Source: Blastochloris viridis
GTDB lineage: Bacteria; Pseudomonadota; Alphaproteobacteria; UBA2136; UBA6156
Reading direction: 5' to 3'
Length of the DNA stretch: 64,000 bases
Assembly: GCA_005768725.1 (NCBI GenBank)
Contig: VAFM01000002.1
Location: forward strand, 70,420 to 134,419
Under the pieces are notes generated by a model. The model searched no databases and was not told the origin of the DNA. It saw nothing but the letters and a program-made list of their open reading frames with translations. Made by a program: the position numbers and the translations under genes. Below, in pieces: positions 58,844-64,000 of this stretch. Within the stretch, counting starts at the first letter, position 1. The number at the start of each line of letters is the position of its first letter.

Positions 58844-61534
58844 TTCCGCCGCCGGTGTTTCGGTCGGGGTCGTCTCGGTCGCTGCCGGAGTTGCCGCCGC
58901 CGGTGCCTGCTTCTTCTTGCCAAAGGCATTGAAGAGGTCATTCACCGTGCTGCTGGTAATGCCCTGACCGGAGATGATCCCGCCTAAAGCGCCACCAACG
59001 GCCTTGCCAGCTTCCTTACCCAAGGCTCCTTCAAGGGCCTCACCCGCCAGACGGCCCGTCACCTTGGCGGTAAAGTTCGGGTCGGCACCAATGTTCGGTG
59101 CAGTTAAAGCACCCTTGATAACCACCGGCACGGCCAGCATGTTGTCACCGGCGTTCAGGCTCGGTGTCAGCTTGTAGTTGATGATCCAGGCCGGCAGGTC
59201 CACCGTGCCCTCACCCACCAGCTTCATGGCACCGTTGCCGGTCGCCACGGTCAGCTCATCGGTGGTGGCCACACCCTGACGGATTGTGTAACGCGCCTTC
59301 AGGCTGTCCACGTTACCGCTACCGTTGCTCGGCGCGGTAGCGCTTGTGCCCTGCACCAGGCGGGCGATGTTGGAAGCAGCGCCCATCATATTGGTGTACG
59401 GCAGCTTCCCTTCAGTAGCCGTCACGTTCAGCGTACCGTCCAGGTTCTGGGCCAGTTTGCGGGTAGTATCACCACGGCTGCTGAACTGCGCAGTGGTATC
59501 CAGCGGCAGTTGCACGCCCTTGGTAGCCAGTACCGGCACCAGTTGCTCCACACGCAGCTTGCTGGTGGTGGCATTCACAACCAGCGCGGGCGTACCGGCG
59601 TGCTCCAGTTTTCCGGTCAGCTTCAGCGCACCACCATCCTTCAGGTTCACGCTCACATCGCGCACATCCAGCTGGCTCGGGGTGTTAAAGAGTTTCACCA
59701 CCGCGCTGTCCATCGGCAGGCGCTTGCAGTCGATGCCCTTGGCGTTCACGGTAATATCAAACGCAATCCCGCGCAGCGCATCTACATTAATCTTATCATC
59801 GGTCCATGGCGCATCGCTGCTGCTGGCACTGGGTGCATCCTTACTCGGTGCCGCGGTTTCCACCGGTACATCCACAGCGCAGTAGCCGAGCGCAGTCAGG
59901 TTCAGGCGCTTCACATCCAGGCTAGCAACCACATTCGTAGGTTTGCCCATCATGATGGACCCCTTACCGGTCGCTTCCAGCAACTGCGGCAGGTTCACGG
60001 CCAGATCATCGATCTTCAGCGTCCCCTTGCCGCTCACCGCCGCCTTGATATTAAAAGCGGTTTCCGGCAGCGCATCGGCTTCTACACCAAACCCTGCAGC
60101 CGCACTGCGCAGGTTGCTGCCGTCCAGGGCAAACGAACCATCCACGGCCGGGGTCGCTCCCAGCGTAACGGTCATATCGGATTTCACACTCGCCACATCA
60201 TCCAGTTGCGCGGTCAATCCCTTCACTTCGTAGGTCTGGCCACGGCCCTTTACGGTGGTCTTCACAGCAAGGCCCTTGGTCGGGTAAACCCCCTCCTGCC
60301 CGACTGCTGCCAGCAGGTTCTTAAAGTTTGGCGCGTTTACATTCAAGGTCGCATCGACATCCGGCATATCACCCTTGGGCACAATGCGTACTTTACCAGA
60401 GGCACGCAGCAGAGACCCGATCGACGCCTGCAGATCTTCCAGTTCCACCGCATCCTGCCCGGCAAGCTTGGTCGAAACCTCAAAGCTACTGGCCGGGATC
60501 GTCGGCTGCTCGGCACCCAACGCCAATTCCGCCAGCTGGCGCAGGTTGCTGCCCTGAACCGAAATATCCCCCTTCGCACTGGGCGTGTCGCCAAGGTGTA
60601 CTTCAGCGTCGCCACTGGCCTGCAACAGCTCACCCAAGCGGGTGGAGAAATTACGCAGGATCAGATTATCGCCACCCACATCCACATCACCGCCAAGGCG
60701 GAAGGCCGCGGCAGGCGCCTGTGCCGGAGCCTTGCCCAGCAACGCCGCCAGCGTGCTCTTCAGGTTGGCCGTTTCGGCATTCACCAAACCAGCAAAAGCC
60801 TGCTGGTTACGCACGCGGCCGTTCATCGCCACGGTCAAACCAGCGGCTTCCAGCTTACCTTGCAGCGGGATCGTTTCCAGATCCGCCACGTCCACGACCA
60901 CACGGCCCTTTACGTCCTGATCATTCACCGTACCACTCAGCGTGGTGGTCGCCTCGGTACCCTCGGTGGCCGCATTCAGGCTCACATTCTTGGCAACAAT
61001 CTTCTGCCCGCTTACCGCATCTTCATAGCGGGCATTCAGGTTGACAATATCAAGCTGAGTGGCGGCCAACATACCCAGCGGCAGTTGCTGGGCCTGTTCA
61101 ACCGGAACCTCCGTCGCCTCAGCGGCGATCTTGTCTTCCGACGCTACATACGTATCCCAGTTAGCCTTACCGTCTTTGGTACGGATAAGCGTGACGGTCG
61201 GGTTCGCCGCAGCAATACGCGTAATCTGCACATCCTTCCACGGCAACATACCGGTGCCCCAGTTCCATTGCAGTTGGGCTTCATCGGTCGAAACCATCGG
61301 CTTGTCATCGGCGCCCTTTACCACAACCTTGCCCATAGCCAGGTGCCCGGCAGGCCACAGCTTCAGCGTCACGGGGCCATCAAATTCCACGCCGTAACCT
61401 TGCTTTTTCACGGCCCATGCCGCCACACCACTCAGGTCGCTGTTCTGTACCCAGTACAGGGCGCCGCCCAGCGCCAGGGCCGAAACCCCTGCCAACGCCG
61501 CCAGACTGATCGCCGCAATTTTCCAAACCCGCAT
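58841..61534 (-). CDS. asmA: AsmA-family outer-membrane biogenesis protein
   Basis: N-terminal TM (MRVWKIAAISLAALAGVSALAL); about 900 aa of beta-rich repeats; Ala/Thr/Pro-rich C-terminal tail. Confidence 0.75.
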   Translation of the reverse strand: MRVWKIAAISLAALAGVSALALGGALYWVQNSDLSGVAAWAVKKQGYGVEFDGPVTLKLWPAGHLAMGKVVVKGADDKPMVSTDEAQLQWNWGTGMLPWKDVQITRIAAANPTVTLIRTKDGKANWDTYVASEDKIAAEATEVPVEQAQQLPLGMLAATQLDIVNLNARYEDAVSGQKIVAKNVSLNAATEGTEATTTLSGTVNDQDVKGRVVVDVADLETIPLQGKLEAAGLTVAMNGRVRNQQAFAGLVNAETANLKSTLAALLGKAPAQAPAAAFRLGGDVDVGGDNLILRNFSTRLGELLQASGDAEVHLGDTPSAKGDISVQGSNLRQLAELALGAEQPTIPASSFEVSTKLAGQDAVELEDLQASIGSLLRASGKVRIVPKGDMPDVDATLNVNAPNFKNLLAAVGQEGVYPTKGLAVKTTVKGRGQTYEVKGLTAQLDDVASVKSDMTVTLGATPAVDGSFALDGSNLRSAAAGFGVEADALPETAFNIKAAVSGKGTLKIDDLAVNLPQLLEATGKGSIMMGKPTNVVASLDVKRLNLTALGYCAVDVPVETAAPSKDAPSASSSDAPWTDDKINVDALRGIAFDITVNAKGIDCKRLPMDSAVVKLFNTPSQLDVRDVSVNLKDGGALKLTGKLEHAGTPALVVNATTSKLRVEQLVPVLATKGVQLPLDTTAQFSSRGDTTRKLAQNLDGTLNVTATEGKLPYTNMMGAASNIARLVQGTSATAPSNGSGNVDSLKARYTIRQGVATTDELTVATGNGAMKLVGEGTVDLPAWIINYKLTPSLNAGDNMLAVPVVIKGALTAPNIGADPNFTAKVTGRLAGEALEGALGKEAGKAVGGALGGIISGQGITSSTVNDLFNAFGKKKQAPAAATPAATETTPTETPAAE

Positions 61535-61619
61535 GATGGTATTCCCCTCGTTCTTCTCTCGTGCCGCAACCGCAGCGTTAGTCTTCTTGGCACTCATGCT
61601 AACGCACAGGCCGCACGGG

Positions 61620-62603
61620 TCAACCCTGGAAACCGGTGCGCGCGGCAAACGCTGCTACATGCTCGGGCAATGGTGCTTCAAGGTGCAAAAGCTGGCCGGT
61701 TTTGGGGTGTTTGATGGTCAGCTTCCACGCATGCAGATACAACGGAACCTTACCTTTGCTATGCAAGGCCTTACCGGCCTCTTTCACGTAGGCATTTCCG
61801 TATTTGTCATCGCCCAGCATGGGCAAACCGATATGCTCCATATGCACACGTAACTGGTTCATACGTCCGGTGTGCGGCACACACGCCAGCAAGTGCAATA
61901 CGCCGTCAGAGGCCAACCATTCCCAGCTCGTATGCGCCGGGTCGCCATGCTTGGCCACTTGGGCAAACGGCCCCACTTTCGCAATATTCGCCCTCACCTC
62001 ACCACGCTTGGCAGGCAGGGTACCCACGACCACGCTCAGATACGTCTTCTCGGTCTCGCGCGCAGCAAACTGAGAGGTCAGCGCCGCCGCCATCGTGCGG
62101 TTCTTGGCACACACAATCAAGCCGGTGGTCTCGCGGTCAAGGCGGTGCACCAGCTTGGGCGCTTTCTCGCCATACACACTTTCAAAAATCCGGTCGAGGC
62201 TGCGCACCTGCCCGCCCCCCGCCTGCGCCGGTAATCCGGCAGGCTTGTTCAGCACCAGCATCGCGTCGTCTTCATACACGGTGCACGTCTCCAGCATCTC
62301 CATGTCGGCACTGGTGGCCTGATACGCCAGACCCGTAGCCTCGCGCTTGCCGCCACGCTCACCAAAATCCGCCGGATAGGTCACCACATCGCCCGTCGCC
62401 AAACGTGCATCCGCCTTGGCTTTCACGCCATTGATGCGCACTTTCCCGGTACGTATCAGCTTCTGCAAACCAATGTACGGCACATCGGCAAACACGCCTT
62501 TCAGCCAGCGGTCAAGGCGCTGGCCGTCATGGCTTTCGGTCACTTTGCTTTCGCCAAAATCGGCTGTAGCCTTGCCTTTTTTAAACGGTCGATAATTAAC
62601 CAC
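61620..62603 (-). CDS. RluA-family 23S rRNA pseudouridine synthase (RluC/RluD-like) with S4 domain
   Basis: Catalytic HRLDRETTGL; N-terminal S4 (RLDRWLK). Confidence 0.8.
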   Translation of the reverse strand: MVNYRPFKKGKATADFGESKVTESHDGQRLDRWLKGVFADVPYIGLQKLIRTGKVRINGVKAKADARLATGDVVTYPADFGERGGKREATGLAYQATSADMEMLETCTVYEDDAMLVLNKPAGLPAQAGGGQVRSLDRIFESVYGEKAPKLVHRLDRETTGLIVCAKNRTMAAALTSQFAARETEKTYLSVVVGTLPAKRGEVRANIAKVGPFAQVAKHGDPAHTSWEWLASDGVLHLLACVPHTGRMNQLRVHMEHIGLPMLGDDKYGNAYVKEAGKALHSKGKVPLYLHAWKLTIKHPKTGQLLHLEAPLPEHVAAFAARTGFQG

Positions 62604-63453
62604 TGAACCACAATCCCTTCCACATTTTCTGAAGGAATCCGTCCTTCGGTTCGGTCGGCTGACCCAAATTCACGCCTTCCACAAACTGGCGCACCTTGTC
62701 CCAGAATCCCGCATATTCCAACATCGGAAAATGCCCGACATCAAATAATTCCAGCCACTGGGCACGGGGCAATGCATCGGCCAGCTTGCGACCACTACGC
62801 GCACTCACCAAAATATCGGCACTGCCATGAATAACCAGCGTCGGCATGGTCAAACGCTTCACCCATCCGGCACTACTAAACATCCCTCCCGCCGAAAGAT
62901 GCGCCAGACTCACGCTCTGCGCCGGTAAAAACGCCCGACGCAACTCCAGAAACGCCCGGTAAACATGCGGCTCACGCTGAGCAAATCCGGGCCCGAATAA
63001 CGGTTCATGCCCCTTGGCATCATTCTGCGCCATCAGCTTCTGAAACTCCCAGAACGGCATCCCCAGCTTCTTCTGCATCAGCGCCACATCAATCGCGGTA
63101 TCCGGCTGGCCGCGGCTGGTGCTCACTAATATCAGCTTCTGCACACGGTCAGGCACTAAGCGCGCCAACTCCTGCGCCGCATATCCCCCCAGGCTATGCC
63201 CCAGCAATACAAACTGCTGCACACCTTCCTTGTCCAGAATCTCCAGCACTTTCTTGGCATACGCCTTCGGAGAGAACGGTATCGGCAACGGCATTCCATC
63301 CACACCGGGCGTATTCATGCGCAACACCTGCCATTCATGGCCCATCGCCGCCACGGCACCTTGCATCAGGTAGGCACCGCTGTTCACACCGGTCAGGCAT
63401 ACCAGCGTACCGCTCGCTCCACCTTCCGGAATATGACTTTCAAATACGGGCAT
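62596..63453 (-). CDS. Alpha/beta-fold hydrolase
   Basis: Nucleophile elbow GHSLGG; roughly 285 aa. Confidence 0.7.
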   Translation of the reverse strand: MPVFESHIPEGGASGTLVCLTGVNSGAYLMQGAVAAMGHEWQVLRMNTPGVDGMPLPIPFSPKAYAKKVLEILDKEGVQQFVLLGHSLGGYAAQELARLVPDRVQKLILVSTSRGQPDTAIDVALMQKKLGMPFWEFQKLMAQNDAKGHEPLFGPGFAQREPHVYRAFLELRRAFLPAQSVSLAHLSAGGMFSSAGWVKRLTMPTLVIHGSADILVSARSGRKLADALPRAQWLELFDVGHFPMLEYAGFWDKVRQFVEGVNLGQPTEPKDGFLQKMWKGLWFSG

Positions 63454-63474
63454 CACACGCGCTCTTTTACAGAA

Positions 63475-64000
63475 TTAGTCTTGATTCAGATCATCACGCA
63501 GTTTGGTAAAATAGGCCATGCGTTTCTGCATTTCGCGTTCAAAGCCGCGCGCCACCGGCTGATAAAGCGTCGGCCGCTCAACACCTTCCGGCCAGTAATT
63601 CTGCCCCGAAAATCCATGCTCGGTATCGTGGTCATACGCATACCCGGCGCCATGCCCCAGCTCGCGCATCATCTTGGTCGGCGCATTCACAATGTGCTTG
63701 GGCGGGGCAATATGCGCCGTCGCCGCCGCTAACGCTTTAGCCTGATTATACGCCTTGTAAAGGGCATTGCTCTTCGGCGCCAACGCCATGTAAACCGCGG
63801 CTTCCGCCAGGCTCAAGTCGCCTTCCGGGCTACCCATGGTACGGTAGCTTTCCTGTGCCGCTATCGCAATCGGCAAGGCCTGCGGGTCAGCCAGTCCCAC
63901 ATCTTCCACCGCCATCCGTATCAGCCGCCGCGCCAGATACATCCCGTCCTCACCACCGGCCATCATGCGCGCCACGTAATACATCGCCGCATCAGGATCG
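63475..64000 (-). CDS. rarA: Replication-associated recombination protein A (RarA/MgsA), C-terminal part; gene continues past the window end
   Basis: YYVARMMAGGEDGMYLARRLIRMAVEDVGLADP matches the MgsA C-terminal helical domain. Confidence 0.8.
   Translation of the reverse strand, partial: DPDAAMYYVARMMAGGEDGMYLARRLIRMAVEDVGLADPQALPIAIAAQESYRTMGSPEGDLSLAEAAVYMALAPKSNALYKAYNQAKALAAATAHIAPPKHIVNAPTKMMRELGHGAGYAYDHDTEHGFSGQNYWPEGVERPTLYQPVARGFEREMQKRMAYFTKLRDDLNQD

Noticed and set aside
59510-61714. 734-aa plus-strand ORF
   Set aside because: Antisense to asmA. Extreme Arg/Gln/His composition and no start context.

Overview
The window is about 60% GC and looks like an alphaproteobacterial chromosome core. 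Recognisable genes, in order, are nhaA, a PIF1-like helicase, tag, lgt, a DUF185 methyltransferase, pgeF, yceI, rpoH, tgt-queA, ogt, dnaE, lolDE, mnmA, rpsB, yebC, a ymdB-like esterase, mlaEFD, cvpA, der, azoR/hxlR, bamB, yfgM, an MCP, tamAB, acs, mliC, asmA, rluC and rarA. There are four tRNA genes: Ala-CGC, Ile-GAU, Lys-UUU and Lys-CUU. I found no rRNA, no CRISPR array and no IS or transposase.

Several small patches have lower GC (about 45-50%) and carry unannotatable genes. The clearest is a 1.7 kb islet of three ORFs between dnaE and lolD, each with its own terminator. Others are a phage-like islet (small beta-rich protein, LamG tail-fibre-like protein, small protein) abutting the 3' end of tRNA-Lys(UUU), a single 124-aa ORF next to acs, and a 115-aa ORF upstream of rpsB.

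Other points worth a second look:
- a TPR plus beta-barrel outer-membrane protein (Slam/DUF560-like) translationally coupled to a 514-aa secreted protein with a Pro/Glu-rich linker;
- two DUF1636 paralogues flanking a secreted protein;
- rpsB not followed by tsf, with about 400 nt of structured sequence and a strong terminator just before an FAD oxidoreductase gene;
- a roughly 120-nt nested-palindromic element present twice, in the 3' UTRs of yebC and tamB;
- a MlaD with a roughly 300-aa C-terminal extension;
- a Gly-rich secreted protein with two paralogous single-TM mini-proteins.

All functional calls are from reading motifs in the translations by eye. No database search was run.
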